A stretch of 64,000 nucleotides of DNA from Roseovarius sp. (GCA_041685205.1 JAWLGF010000002.1:16477-80476); one strand, 5' to 3'. Numbered from the stretch's first letter, positions 1-9,889 are shown. Translations and numbers: made by a program. Notes: generated from the letters alone by a model not told the origin.

Positions 1-235
1 CCTTGCGCAATTGGCGGATGAGGGGCAGGTTCTTGTCGTGACCCATTCGCCGCAGGTCGCGGCGCGCGGCGCGCATCACTGGCGTGTCGAAAAGCGCGTC
101 GAAGGCGAAGTCACCCTGTCGACCGTACGCGCGATGGCAGGTCGGGATCGCGTCGACGAGATCGCGCGCATGCTGTCGGGCGACCGGATCACGAACGAGG
201 CACGGGCGGCGGCGCAAGCCCTGATGGATGGCTGA
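1..235 (+). CDS. recN: DNA repair protein RecN, C-terminal fragment (begins before window)
   Basis: QVLVVTHSPQVAA and RVDEIARML match the RecN C-terminal ABC-ATPase H-loop and tail. Confidence 0.92.
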   Translation, partial: LAQLADEGQVLVVTHSPQVAARGAHHWRVEKRVEGEVTLSTVRAMAGRDRVDEIARMLSGDRITNEARAAAQALMDG

Positions 236-265
236 GACCGTGCGGTCGATCCGAGCGGGCCCGCA

Positions 266-463
266 TCACGGGTCGAGCTTGCGCGCCTCGTCCACGAGCA
301 TGACCGGAATACCGTTGCGGATCGGAAACGCGAGTCCTGCCGCTTCGCTGACAAGTTCCTGACGGTCGGCATCATAGCGCAGCGTCGCGTATGTTTGCGG
401 ACACACAAGCCCATCCAGCATGCGCCTGTCGAAGGCCGTCTCGGTTCCGTATGTTTCGGTCAT
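266..463 (-). CDS. Trm112/UPF0434 family protein
   Basis: LVCP...LRYD...ELVS...[12 protein letters not shown] signature; overlaps upstream gene by 4 bp. Confidence 0.9.
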   Translation of the reverse strand: MTETYGTETAFDRRMLDGLVCPQTYATLRYDADRQELVSEAAGLAFPIRNGIPVMLVDEARKLDP

Positions 464-1107
464 TGCATGATACCATCGGTGTCGCCGCCGCGCATGGAAT
501 ACTCGATTAGCGTGACCAGCGTTTCGCGACGTGTGCTGAGCGACGGGGCCTCCAGCAGCGCCTGCTTGTCTTCGGGTTCGAACCCGAGGATCATGGACAG
601 CGAGTTGATCAGCAACTCGTCGTCGGCTTCCTTCAGCGAATCCCAGTCGGTCTGAAGCTCATGCGACGCGAAGTAGCGCGAAAGAAGGGTCATGAACCTG
701 TCACGGTTGAAATTGTTATCGGTTTCACACGGCCCCTTGTCGCGCTCGAACCCGGTCCAGGAGACCTTGGCGCGACGATAGGGCGTGAAGCCTTCGACCT
801 CTTCCAGAACGCGAAAGCGCGACACGCCCGACAGGGTGATCATGTAGCGCCCGTCCTCGGTTTCCGAGAATTGCGTTACGCGACCGACGCATCCGATCGT
901 GTGCAATCCGGGACCATCCTTGCGGCCCGGCACGCGATTGGGCTGGACCATGCCGATCAGACGCTCGGGCGTTTTCAGCGCGTCATCGAACATCGTCAGA
1001 TAGCGCGGCTCGAACAGGTGCAGCGGCAACCGGGCACGCGGCAACAGCAAGGCACCCGGCAACGGGAAGATTGGGATGATTTCGGGCAGGTCAATGTGCT
1101 TTGTCAT
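460..1107 (-). CDS. LON peptidase substrate-binding (N-terminal) domain protein
   Basis: [23 protein letters not shown] motif; no ATPase or protease domain. Confidence 0.9.
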   Translation of the reverse strand: MTKHIDLPEIIPIFPLPGALLLPRARLPLHLFEPRYLTMFDDALKTPERLIGMVQPNRVPGRKDGPGLHTIGCVGRVTQFSETEDGRYMITLSGVSRFRVLEEVEGFTPYRRAKVSWTGFERDKGPCETDNNFNRDRFMTLLSRYFASHELQTDWDSLKEADDELLINSLSMILGFEPEDKQALLEAPSLSTRRETLVTLIEYSMRGGDTDGIMQ

Positions 1108-1133
1108 GTAGTTTAATTAGCCCGTGCCATGCG

Positions 1134-2057
1134 TCAGGCAAATATCATCGAGCTCAACCTGCGACGCCCGTTCAACAGGATCGGATCGTTGGGTTTGAGC
1201 GCCTCGAAGATGGTCAGAAGCTGTGTCTTCGCGGCCCCGTCATTCCACTCGCGATCCCGGCGGAACAGTTCCAGCAGCTCGTCCATCGCGGCCTGAACCT
1301 GTCCGCTGGCGTAAAGCGCCTGCGCCAGATCGAAGCGCGCCTGATGGTCGTCGGGATCGGCCTCGACCTTGGCGCGCAGATCATCGACCGGGCCGGCATT
1401 TTCGGCCTGCCGGGCAAGCTGCAACTGCGCATGCGCGCCCTCGACCTCGGGGCTTTCGCTGATCTCCGCCGGCGCGCCGTTGAGGATCGCCTCGGCCTGA
1501 TCCAGATCACCCGCCGCGATCTGTGCGCGCGCCATGCCGGCATAGGCGCGGGCATTCTTGCCATCCTCCTGCACGATGGCGGCATAGGTCTGGGCCGCGT
1601 CTTGCACGGCGCCCTGGTCGAGCATCTCGTCGGCGGCGTCGAGCGCCTCGTCGAGACCGCCGCCCTCTTGCTCGCCGCCGCCGGCGGCCTGGACGACACG
1701 GTTCACGAAGGCGTCGATCTCGGACCCCGAGAGCGCGCCCTGGAACCCATCGATCGGCTGGCCCTGCCAGAAGGCATAGACCGTCGGCAGCGACTGGATC
1801 CGCAACTGACCGGCGATCGCCTGGTTTTCGTCGACATTGACCTTGGCAAGTTTCACGGACCCGCCCGCGCGCGTGACCGCCGCCTCAAGCGCGGGGGTCA
1901 GCGTCTTGCACGGTCCGCACCACGGAGCCCAGAAATCGACGATCACCGGCACGCCCTGCGAGGCTTCGACCACCTCGGCCATGAAGGTGGCTTCGGACAC
2001 GTCCTTGATCAGATCGCCCGTGTTGGGCTTCGCCTTGCCTTGACCCAGTTCCAGCAT
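1134..2057 (-). CDS. cnoX: Thioredoxin-TPR chaperedoxin (YbbN/CnoX)
   Basis: WCGPC thioredoxin motif followed by helical TPR region ending RRRLSSMIFA; start at MLELG chosen from RBS spacing. Confidence 0.88.
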   Translation of the reverse strand: MLELGQGKAKPNTGDLIKDVSEATFMAEVVEASQGVPVIVDFWAPWCGPCKTLTPALEAAVTRAGGSVKLAKVNVDENQAIAGQLRIQSLPTVYAFWQGQPIDGFQGALSGSEIDAFVNRVVQAAGGGEQEGGGLDEALDAADEMLDQGAVQDAAQTYAAIVQEDGKNARAYAGMARAQIAAGDLDQAEAILNGAPAEISESPEVEGAHAQLQLARQAENAGPVDDLRAKVEADPDDHQARFDLAQALYASGQVQAAMDELLELFRRDREWNDGAAKTQLLTIFEALKPNDPILLNGRRRLSSMIFA

Positions 2058-2100
2058 GGTCTGCATCCCCTAATTCGTGTGTCTGATCCAGTTTGCTTTA

Positions 2101-2129
2101 ATATGAGCGGTCGGACCGTGGATTCAAAG
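2101..2129 (-). promoter_or_regulatory. Putative RpoH (sigma32) promoter for the cnoX-LON-N-Trm112 operon
   Basis: Minus strand CTTTGAA-N15-CTCATAT, close to the alphaproteobacterial RpoH consensus, upstream of heat-shock-type genes. Confidence 0.6.
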
Positions 2130-2912
2130 ATCGAATTGCGCGAAAACCGGCGCGTGATCGGACGGCTTTTCCCAGCCACGCGCGGCGCGCAGGATGCGGC
2201 TGGAATGCGCGGCGGTTGCGATATCCGCACTGCCCCAGACGTGGTCGAGCCGGCGTCCCTTGTCGGCGGCGTCCCAGTCGCGGGCACGGTAGGACCACCA
2301 GCTATAGAGCTGCCCCTCGGGTATGTCGGCGCGGGTCACATCCTGCCAGCCGCCCGCCTCGCGCGCCGCGCCGAGGTGGTCCACCTCGACGGGCGTGTGG
2401 CTGACCACCTTCAGAAGTTGTTTGTGCGACCAGACATCATCGGCGCGCGGGGCGATGTTGAGATCACCCACGAGGATGGATTTCTCGGGTCGGTTCTCGC
2501 GGAACCAGTCGCGCATCTCCGTCAGGTAATCGAGCTTCTGCCCGAATTTCGGGTTCTGGTCCCGGTCGGGCACGTCGCCGCCGGCGGGCACGTAGAAATT
2601 GTGGATCACGACGCCGTTGTCCAGCTGCGCGGCCACGTGGCGCGCGTGTCCCAGACCCGCGAAATCCATGTCGCCGGCATCCTCGATCGGCCGTTTCGAC
2701 AGGATCGCGACGCCGTTATAGCCCTTTTGGCCGCGCGCGACCATGAAGCCGTAGCCAAGCGCACGAAACTGCTCCATCGGGATTTTCTCCACCGGGCTCT
2801 TGCATTCCTGCAGGCACAGGATATCGGGCGCCTCCTCCTGCATCAGGCGTGCGACGAGGCCCTCGCGCAGGCGGACCGAGTTGATGTTCCATGTGGCAAG
2901 GGTGAACGGCAT
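2124..2912 (-). CDS. xth: Exodeoxyribonuclease III
   Basis: ATWNINS, LQE.K, GYNGVAILS, GDLNIAP, RLDH and SDHAPV motifs. Confidence 0.93.
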   Translation of the reverse strand: MPFTLATWNINSVRLREGLVARLMQEEAPDILCLQECKSPVEKIPMEQFRALGYGFMVARGQKGYNGVAILSKRPIEDAGDMDFAGLGHARHVAAQLDNGVVIHNFYVPAGGDVPDRDQNPKFGQKLDYLTEMRDWFRENRPEKSILVGDLNIAPRADDVWSHKQLLKVVSHTPVEVDHLGAAREAGGWQDVTRADIPEGQLYSWWSYRARDWDAADKGRRLDHVWGSADIATAAHSSRILRAARGWEKPSDHAPVFAQFDL

Positions 2913-3082
2913 CGAACCTCCGGCGGCGTGTCGCGAATTTGCGGCAACTGATCGCATGGGCCGTGCGAATACAACCCCGAAAACCGTCCCTTCCGTGCAT
3001 CGGTTGCGTTTACAGTCCCGCGGGCTGCGGGCATGCTTTGGGGGTGGTCGCCGGCCGCCATCATAGGAGACAAGGACAGACC

Positions 3083-4045
3083 ATGACCGACAGCAGCAGC
3101 GTGACCCCGGCGACCTCGGACCTGGCCTTCACACGGGCCGATCCGCGCGGCACCCTGGCCGAGCCTGCCTACGGGGGTGCGCTCAGCTTCATGCGGCGGC
3201 GCTATACCAAGGATCTGACCGGGGCCGATCTGGCGGTGATGGGCGTGCCCTTCGATCTGACGGTGTCGGGGCGGTCCGGTGCACGCCTCGGGCCGCGCGC
3301 GGTGCGGGCCGCGTCGGCGCATCTCGCGTGGCAGGCGCCCTGGCCGTGGACGGTCGATCCCTACGAGCGGCTTACGGTCGTGGATTGCGGGGATTGCTTC
3401 TTCGATCCGGGCTATCCCGTCGAGGTGCCCGAGGCGATCGCCGAGGCGGCACGCGAGGTTCTTTCTAAGGATACCGGCCTCTTGTGCCTTGGCGGCGATC
3501 ATTTCGTGACCCTGCCGCTCCTGCGCGCGCATGCTGAAAAGCACGGGCCGCTGAGCCTCGTGCAGCTCGACGCGCATTCCGACACCTGGGCGGACAAGCC
3601 GGGCCGCATGGATCACGGCACAATGATCTGGCACGCGGTGCGCGAGGGGCTGGTGGTGCCCGACCGCTCGGTGCAGGTGGGCATCCGCACGCACAACCCC
3701 GACCCGCTGGGGTTCCATGTCATCGACGCGCGTGACCTGCACCGCACCGGACCCGAGGCCGTGGCGGCGCGGATGCGCGAGATCGTCGGCGACCACGCTG
3801 TCTATCTCACCTTCGACATCGACGCGCTCGACCCGTCGGCGGCGCCGGGCACCGGCACGCCAGTGGTCGGCGGGCTGAGCACATGGCAGGCGCAGGAGAT
3901 CCTGCGCGGGCTGGCGGGTATCGACCTCGTGGGCATGGACATGGTCGAGGTCGCGCCGGCCTATGACCTCTCGGAGATCACGGCGCTGGCCGCGGCGACA
4001 TTGGCCAACGACCTCGTCTGTCTTTTTGCAGCGGCGCGTGCCTGA
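3083..4045 (+). CDS. speB: Agmatinase / ureohydrolase family enzyme
   Basis: GGDH, DAHSD, HGT, DIDALDP and VEVAP metal-binding motifs; RBS AGGA upstream. The substrate could be another guanidino compound. Confidence 0.78.
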   Translation: MTDSSSVTPATSDLAFTRADPRGTLAEPAYGGALSFMRRRYTKDLTGADLAVMGVPFDLTVSGRSGARLGPRAVRAASAHLAWQAPWPWTVDPYERLTVVDCGDCFFDPGYPVEVPEAIAEAAREVLSKDTGLLCLGGDHFVTLPLLRAHAEKHGPLSLVQLDAHSDTWADKPGRMDHGTMIWHAVREGLVVPDRSVQVGIRTHNPDPLGFHVIDARDLHRTGPEAVAARMREIVGDHAVYLTFDIDALDPSAAPGTGTPVVGGLSTWQAQEILRGLAGIDLVGMDMVEVAPAYDLSEITALAAATLANDLVCLFAAARA

Positions 4046-4047
4046 AC

Positions 4048-4703
4048 GTGCACCGTGTAGACGGTCGGCGTATAACGCGTGGTCATAGCCACGGGAAATC
4101 AAAATGTGCGATGCCGCCCTGTCGTTCGGTCCATGCCCGGACCTGCACCCAGGCTCGCGGACGCAGAACTCCGTACTCTGGCCAATCCATACAAAGATAT
4201 TGAACAGGGCCCGTGCCTGTGACACGTAAACCAGCGCGTGCTGGTGAGGTCTTTTCGATGGCGGGTCACCCCTTGAAACCGCCGGTGCCGTGCATTCTGA
4301 ACCGGGCTGCTCGGGCGCAACGAAAATTTGCCGTCGAAGCCTTTGATGACAGCAGAGAGCGTCTTCAGAGGCCGAAATAAGGAAACCCAAAAGGAGAAAA
4401 TGCGCATGGACATGAAATCATACAAGACTTGGGCCGTCCTTGGACTAGCAGGCGGGGCTGGCTTCGGCCTTTTTGCCGTTCCGTTGGTGTACATCCTCGT
4501 CAATTTGTTTTCCGATGGCGTCACCCTCGGCCAAACCGTTCGCTTTGCGCTCGCCAATGGGGCGACATGGGGTGTTTTGGGCCTGTTCGCGGGTATCTTC
4601 TTCTGGATCGTCGACACGATGCGTCGGCCGCCAGAAGAGAATTGAAGCCGATCACGACGCAGGGTCCCAAGACAGACGGTATCTTCCGGTCTACACGGTG
4701 GAC
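4048..4703. repeat. Inverted repeat pair (CACCGTGTAGAC at 4051-4062; GTCTACACGGTG at 4689-4700) bracketing a small gene
   Basis: 12-bp perfect core, 14/15 identity when extended; both copies are intergenic. Confidence 0.5.
4400..4645 (+). CDS. Small two-TM membrane protein of unknown function
   Basis: AAGGAG RBS before ATG 4400; two hydrophobic Gly-rich segments; lower GC than neighbouring genes. Confidence 0.6.
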   Translation: MRMDMKSYKTWAVLGLAGGAGFGLFAVPLVYILVNLFSDGVTLGQTVRFALANGATWGVLGLFAGIFFWIVDTMRRPPEEN

Positions 4704-4728
4704 AGGACGCTCGCGCGAAAGGGCCCCT

Positions 4729-4758
4729 AAAAAACGGCCCCGACGCTTTGCCGGGGCC
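4729..4758 (-). terminator. Rho-independent terminator of the cenR/sRNA transcript
   Basis: GGCCCCG-9nt-CGGGGCC hairpin, then G and TTTTTT on the minus strand. Confidence 0.8.
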
Positions 4759-4845
4759 AGTCCAACAGGGAGGTTCATGTATAACCGTTCTTGAATGTTA
4801 GCACTAAGTTCGGCTTTTGCGGAGGCATTGCCGGACAATACCTCA
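4729..4845 (-). ncRNA. sorX: SorX-like 3'-UTR-derived sRNA (boundaries approximate)
   Basis: Directly downstream of the OmpR/CenR-like gene, as SorX lies behind RSP_0847 in R. sphaeroides; has an anti-SD seed AACCUCCCUGUUGGACU followed by a GGCCCCG/CGGGGCC hairpin and U6. Confidence 0.7.
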
Positions 4846-4857
4846 GGACCGTGTCAA

Positions 4858-5544
4858 TTAAACCACAAGGCGATAGCCACCGGAATCCGTTACCAGAAGG
4901 CGAGCGTTGCCGGGGTCGGGTTCGATCTTCTGGCGCAGGCGGTAGATGTGGGTCTCCAGCGTGTGGGTTGTCACGCCCGCATTGTAGCCCCAGACCTCGT
5001 GCAGCAGCACGTCGCGCGGCACCACACCCTCACTGGTTCGGTAAAGAAACTTGAGGATGTTGGTTTCCTTCTCGGTCAGGCGCACCTTGCGATCGTCCTC
5101 TGTCACAAGCATCTTCATCGACGGCTTGAACGTGTACGGGCCGAGCTGGAACACCGCGTCCTCGGATTGCTCGTGCTGGCGCAGCTGCGCGCGGACTCGC
5201 GCCAGAAGCACCGGAAATTTGAACGGCTTGGTGATGTAGTCGTTCGCGCCCGCGTCGAGGCCGAGGATGGTGTCGGCATCTCCGTCATGGCCGGTCAGCA
5301 TCACCACCGGCGCCTTCACGCCCTGCTTGCGCATCAGACGGCACAGCTCGCGCCCGTCGGTGTCGGGCAGCCCGACATCGAGGATCACCAGATCGTGGGT
5401 CATCTCCTTGACTTTGCGCATGGCCTCAGCACCGTCGGCCGCCTCGAACACGTCGAAATCCTCGGTCATCACCAGTTGCTCGCCGAGCGCCTCGCGCAGA
5501 TCCTCGTCATCGTCGACAAGCAGTATCTTGTTGACTTTGGCCAT
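4858..5544 (-). CDS. cenR: OmpR-family response regulator, probable CenR orthologue
   Basis: Receiver domain (VDDD, LDVGLPD, KPF) plus winged helix (LTEKETNILKFL, THTLETHIYRLRQKIE); orphan gene between xth and ribA. Confidence 0.72.
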   Translation of the reverse strand: MAKVNKILLVDDDEDLREALGEQLVMTEDFDVFEAADGAEAMRKVKEMTHDLVILDVGLPDTDGRELCRLMRKQGVKAPVVMLTGHDGDADTILGLDAGANDYITKPFKFPVLLARVRAQLRQHEQSEDAVFQLGPYTFKPSMKMLVTEDDRKVRLTEKETNILKFLYRTSEGVVPRDVLLHEVWGYNAGVTTHTLETHIYRLRQKIEPDPGNARLLVTDSGGYRLVV

Positions 5545-5704
5545 CACTGACTCCTTTCGCATAAAAACATCGTGCACCTCGCACCGGGCTGCGGCAAGAG
5601 TGGCGTTTGATCGCTCACGCGCACGTGTTGCGCGCGGCACTTTTGTTTCAATTCAGCGCAGAACGCCCTATGTGTCGTTGAGACGTAATAGAGGAGCATC
5701 GCGT

Positions 5705-6796
5705 ATGAGCCTTTCGCCAGACGTGACAGAGATCATAGCCCGCGCACGCGCCGATCTTCGCATGGGGGTTCCGGTGGTGTTGTGCGGTGCGGACGGGGCC
5801 GCGCTGGTCATGGCCGCCGAGACGCTCGATGCGCAGCGCCTTGCCGATCTCGGCGCGCTTGGCGGCACGCCAGTGCTGGCAATCACCGCGCGGCGGGCCG
5901 CGACGCTGAAGGCCCGCGCCTATGACGGCGATCTGGCACGCGTGGTGCTGCCATCGGACGTGCGGCTGCCCTGGGTGCTGGCGGTGGCCGATCCGGCCGA
6001 TGATCTGAAGACCCCGATGAAGGGTCCGTTGACCACGCAGCGCGGCGGCGATGCGGGGTTGCACCGCCTGGCGCTGACCCTCGTGAAATCCGGGCGCCTT
6101 CTGCCTGCGGCCGTGGTGCAGACACTGACCGACGGGCATGGCTTTGCGGCGCGTCACGGGCTCAGCGCCGTGCCGCTGGATACCGCCGCGCCGCAGCTTT
6201 CAAAGACCAGCCCGTTGCATCCGGTGGTCAGCGCCCGCCTGCCGCTGGACGTGTCCGAGGCGGGGCGTCTGCACATCTTTCGCCCCGAGGATGGCGGGGA
6301 AGAACACTACGCCGTCGAAATCGGCCAGCCCAATCGCGATACGCCGGTGCTGGCGCGGCTGCACTCGGCCTGTTTCACCGGCGATCTGATGGGCAGCCTG
6401 AAATGCGATTGCGGTCCGCAACTGCGCGGCGCGCTGTCACAGATGGGCGCCGAGGGGACGGGCGTGCTGCTTTACCTCAACCAGGAGGGGCGCGGCATTG
6501 GCCTGGCCAACAAGATGCGCGCCTATTCCTTGCAGGATCAGGGATTCGACACCGTCGAGGCCAATCACCGCCTCGGTTTCGAGGATGACGAGCGCGACTT
6601 TCGCATTGGCGCGCGGATCCTGTCCCGGATGGGCTTCTCGGCGGTGCGGCTTCTGACCAACAACCCCGCCAAGATCACCATGATGGAGCAAAGCGGAATC
6701 GACGTCGTCGAACGCGTGCCGCTGAAGCTGGGTGAAAACACGCATAATCACGCCTATCTGGCCACGAAGGCGGCGAAATCCGGGCACATGCTGTGA
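5705..6796 (+). CDS. ribA: GTP cyclohydrolase II with degenerate N-terminal RibB-like domain
   Basis: RLHSACFTGD..SLKCDCG, QEGRGIGL.NK and LLTNNP.K motifs. Confidence 0.92.
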   Translation: MSLSPDVTEIIARARADLRMGVPVVLCGADGAALVMAAETLDAQRLADLGALGGTPVLAITARRAATLKARAYDGDLARVVLPSDVRLPWVLAVADPADDLKTPMKGPLTTQRGGDAGLHRLALTLVKSGRLLPAAVVQTLTDGHGFAARHGLSAVPLDTAAPQLSKTSPLHPVVSARLPLDVSEAGRLHIFRPEDGGEEHYAVEIGQPNRDTPVLARLHSACFTGDLMGSLKCDCGPQLRGALSQMGAEGTGVLLYLNQEGRGIGLANKMRAYSLQDQGFDTVEANHRLGFEDDERDFRIGARILSRMGFSAVRLLTNNPAKITMMEQSGIDVVERVPLKLGENTHNHAYLATKAAKSGHML

Positions 6797-6901
6797 AAGG
6801 CCTGCGTGAGGTTGCGGTCGGTGGCTGTGTACCCTCGGCGGCTTGAGGTGTCGCTGTTGCAGGTTCACGCCCGGCTGAAGGCGATCTAGGAAAGGTCGAT
6901 C

Positions 6902-7429
6902 CTAGGGCCGCTTTTCGAACCAGATGATGACTTCACCAATCTCGACGCCGTATTTGTCCATGTAAGCTCGGTTTAGAACGCGATCCTCGGTGATCTGCCA
7001 CATCCAGTCGTCGAAGCGTACCCGCAGCTTGCCGTCGGGCACAGGCAGGTCGATACGGTATTGCCAGTTGAAGGCATCGCCGCGCTCTTCACCCGTGGCC
7101 TGTCCGAGCACGCCATCGGCGCTGCCCTGCCATGTCTCGGGGCCAGTCTTCCTGAGCGTCCAGACGCGGTTTTCGGTCGTGCCGTCCTCATAGACGAAGT
7201 CTTCGTCAAGCGTCAGGGTCCGCCCGTCCCAATCGCCCGTCACGTCGACCTCGAATCGCCGGCGCACCGTGCCGAAGCGATCCTGAAACTGGCCGTAACC
7301 CACCACCTGCCCGTCGAAGAAGTCTTCGAGGTTGAATTCCTGCGCACTCAGCTTTTCGTCCGCAAGGTCCGGCCGGCCGGAACAGGCCGCGAGAAACGAC
7401 AGCGACAGGATCAGGAAAATTGCACGCAT
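6902..7429 (-). CDS. DUF3833-like lipoprotein
   Basis: Lipobox LAAC; LDEDFVYEDG..RVW and FDDWM motifs. Confidence 0.75.
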   Translation of the reverse strand: MRAIFLILSLSFLAACSGRPDLADEKLSAQEFNLEDFFDGQVVGYGQFQDRFGTVRRRFEVDVTGDWDGRTLTLDEDFVYEDGTTENRVWTLRKTGPETWQGSADGVLGQATGEERGDAFNWQYRIDLPVPDGKLRVRFDDWMWQITEDRVLNRAYMDKYGVEIGEVIIWFEKRP

Positions 7430-7486
7430 GGAAACCTCCCAGGAACGACGCTGTGCAGGTATCACGCCCGCGCCCCGTGGCAAGGC

Positions 7487-8854
7487 TCAACCGCGGCGCG
7501 CGCCCGCGATCACCGCCGCAAAGCCGGCGATCAACACCAGGGCGCAGATCATAAGCAACTGCGCGTACTTGTGACCGTCGGGCAGGATTGCGCCAGCCCA
7601 GCCTGCGTCGCGCGCGACATAGGTCACCGCACCGGCCATCGCCGCGCCGAACGCCACGAGGTAAGACCAGAGCGCGATCTGCCGGTTCCTCACCAGACCC
7701 ATCAGCAAAACCGGCGTCAGGAACAGGCTCGCCGTGCCGCTGACCGCGACGGCATCGAACAGCGTCTGGTTGCCCCAGAGTGTCAAACCGGTGCCAAGGA
7801 TCATGAAGCCGACCATCGCCACGCGCCCCGCCACCAGCGTGCGGGTGCCGACGCGCAGCTCTTCGATCACCAGCCGCGCGGCGCTCGACAGCGCCGAGTC
7901 AAGCGTGCTTAGCGCCGAGATCAGCAGCGACACCAGCAGCGCGGTAAACAGCCATGGCGGAAACATCCCCGCCCACGTGCCAATCAGCTCGCCGTCGTAT
8001 GTGGCGCCCACCAGACCTGCCTGTATGCCGAAAAAGCCGAACCCGATGATGCACAGGGTCGAGATCCAGAATGCGTGCAGGAAGGATCTGCGCGTCGTGT
8101 CCGGGTCGGCGAGAAACCCGCGATCCATCATCACCGGGTCATGCGCAGGGTATGAAAAGACCTGCAAAAGCGCCACCAGAAGCAGCACCTGCCCGGTCCA
8201 CGCCCCGTCGGTGCCGGGCGCGGTCAGCACCGCGCCGATCCGGAACCCCGGGCTGACGATCAGCGAGATGAAGGCGGCGGCAAAAACGCACAGAAATACC
8301 AGCATCTGCAGCACATCCGTGCGCAGCGCCGCACTCAGCCCGCCCCACGAGCTGTAGGCCAGGGCAAGGGTGGCCACGATCAGGATCGACGCCTCGCGGG
8401 CCAGCGGCGTCTCGGGCAGAGCGGCGGCAAAGATCAGCCCGATGACCAGCAGATTCGCAAACACCTCGGACAAGAGCCGCAGCCCGATGACCGCGTTGTA
8501 GCAAGCTCTGCCCGTGGCCCCGAAGCGCGTGCCCAGCCAATCCTGAACCGACCGCGCGCCGCCCGCGCGCAAGCGGCCGACGATGAATGCCCCGCTCAGG
8601 AAGGAACCGTAATATGCCGCATAGGCCAACGTGCCCCAGATGCCGTAGAAATACCCCAGGATGGCCGAGTTCATAAGCGACCGCGCGAAGATCCAGGTGG
8701 TCACCTGGCTGAGAACCAGAACCCAAAGGCCCGGTGCGCGCCCGTCGATGTCCAGACCGCCGAAAAAACCGCCCGTCGTGGCGCGGCGCGGGACGACCAG
8801 AAGACTGGCCAGAATGACCAGTCCGAACAGGCCGATGATCACGACTGTCTGCAT
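7487..8854 (-). CDS. Sodium:solute symporter family transporter
   Basis: About 13 TM segments; TWIFARSL, GGL.A.LRTDVLQ and SALSTLDSALSS motifs. Confidence 0.8.
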   Translation of the reverse strand: MQTVVIIGLFGLVILASLLVVPRRATTGGFFGGLDIDGRAPGLWVLVLSQVTTWIFARSLMNSAILGYFYGIWGTLAYAAYYGSFLSGAFIVGRLRAGGARSVQDWLGTRFGATGRACYNAVIGLRLLSEVFANLLVIGLIFAAALPETPLAREASILIVATLALAYSSWGGLSAALRTDVLQMLVFLCVFAAAFISLIVSPGFRIGAVLTAPGTDGAWTGQVLLLVALLQVFSYPAHDPVMMDRGFLADPDTTRRSFLHAFWISTLCIIGFGFFGIQAGLVGATYDGELIGTWAGMFPPWLFTALLVSLLISALSTLDSALSSAARLVIEELRVGTRTLVAGRVAMVGFMILGTGLTLWGNQTLFDAVAVSGTASLFLTPVLLMGLVRNRQIALWSYLVAFGAAMAGAVTYVARDAGWAGAILPDGHKYAQLLMICALVLIAGFAAVIAGARRG

Positions 8855-8963
8855 GCGTTAGAGGTCCTGCTGCGCGTATTCCCCAGACCGCTAGCAAGTC
8901 GCACCGTCCCGGGCCATCACCGCGCCAGTCACCTGACGCGAACGTGATGGCCCGCAGACCGTC

Positions 8964-9743
8964 TTACAGCGTCGCGTTCACCGCGCCGCCATCCAGCAGG
9001 ACATTCTGCCCGACCATGAACCCGGCATGCTGGCTACACAGAAACGCACAGGCCGCGCCGAACTCTTCGCTGGTGCCGTAACGCCCCGCGGGGATGGTGG
9101 CGCAGCGTTGTGCGCGGGCCTCGTCCATGCTGATGCCCTGAGCCTCGCTCACGCTCTTGTCGAGCGACGTTGCGCGGTCGGTATCATGGATGCCGGGCAG
9201 CAGGTTGTTGATGGTGACGCCATGCCCGGCCACCTGCCGCGCCGTGCCCGCGACATAGCCCGTCAGCCCGGCACGGGCCGAATTCGACAGGCCCAGAACC
9301 GGGATCGGCGCCTTCACCGATTGCGAGGTAATGTTGACCACGCGGCCCCAGCCGCGCTCCATCATGCCGGGCACCAATGCCGTGATCATCGCGATCGGGG
9401 CCAGCATGTTGGCGTCGAGCGCCGCGATGAAATCCTCGCGATCCCAGTCGGTCCACATGCCCGGCGGCGGGCCGCCCGCGTTGTTGACGAGGATATCCAC
9501 CGATCCCGCGGCCTCGCGCACCGCGGCGCGCCCGTCCTCGGTGGTGATGTCGGCAGCGACCGTGACGACCTGGACACCGAAATCGGTGCGGATCGTCTCT
9601 GCGGCTTTCTCCAGCGCGGGGGCGCCGCGTGCGTTGATCACCAGATCGACTCCGGCCTCCGCAAGGGCCCGGGCACAGCCCAGCCCGAGACCCTTGGACG
9701 CGGCGCAGACCAATCCCCGCTTTCCCCTGATTCCGAGATCCAT
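8964..9743 (-). CDS. SDR family oxidoreductase
   Basis: AASKGLG, NNAGGP and LLDGG motifs; atypical LSNSAR at the catalytic position; AAGGAG RBS. Confidence 0.88.
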   Translation of the reverse strand: MDLGIRGKRGLVCAASKGLGLGCARALAEAGVDLVINARGAPALEKAAETIRTDFGVQVVTVAADITTEDGRAAVREAAGSVDILVNNAGGPPPGMWTDWDREDFIAALDANMLAPIAMITALVPGMMERGWGRVVNITSQSVKAPIPVLGLSNSARAGLTGYVAGTARQVAGHGVTINNLLPGIHDTDRATSLDKSVSEAQGISMDEARAQRCATIPAGRYGTSEEFGAACAFLCSQHAGFMVGQNVLLDGGAVNATL

Positions 9744-9889
9744 AATGTTCTCCTTATGGTCATGTCCATGTCGTGCGGGCCTTATCACGAGGCAGGTTGG
9801 AATCACCAGATGTCGGCGCATTGACCGGATGGGACCGGATCATTAACGTGCGATCTGTGCCTGTTTGTGTCCCCAGTTCGGCTTTTTTG

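Noticed and set aside
1101..2951. 616-aa plus-strand ORF, and similar long ORFs at 2843-4390, 36550-37776, 42430-43713, 47308-48591 and 58483-59895
   Set aside because: Antisense shadows of well-supported genes; high-GC codon bias removes stops on the opposite strand; no recognisable motifs
2913..3082. Possible guanidine riboswitch upstream of the ureohydrolase
   Set aside because: No twin ACGR-loop hairpins and no class I or III consensus visible
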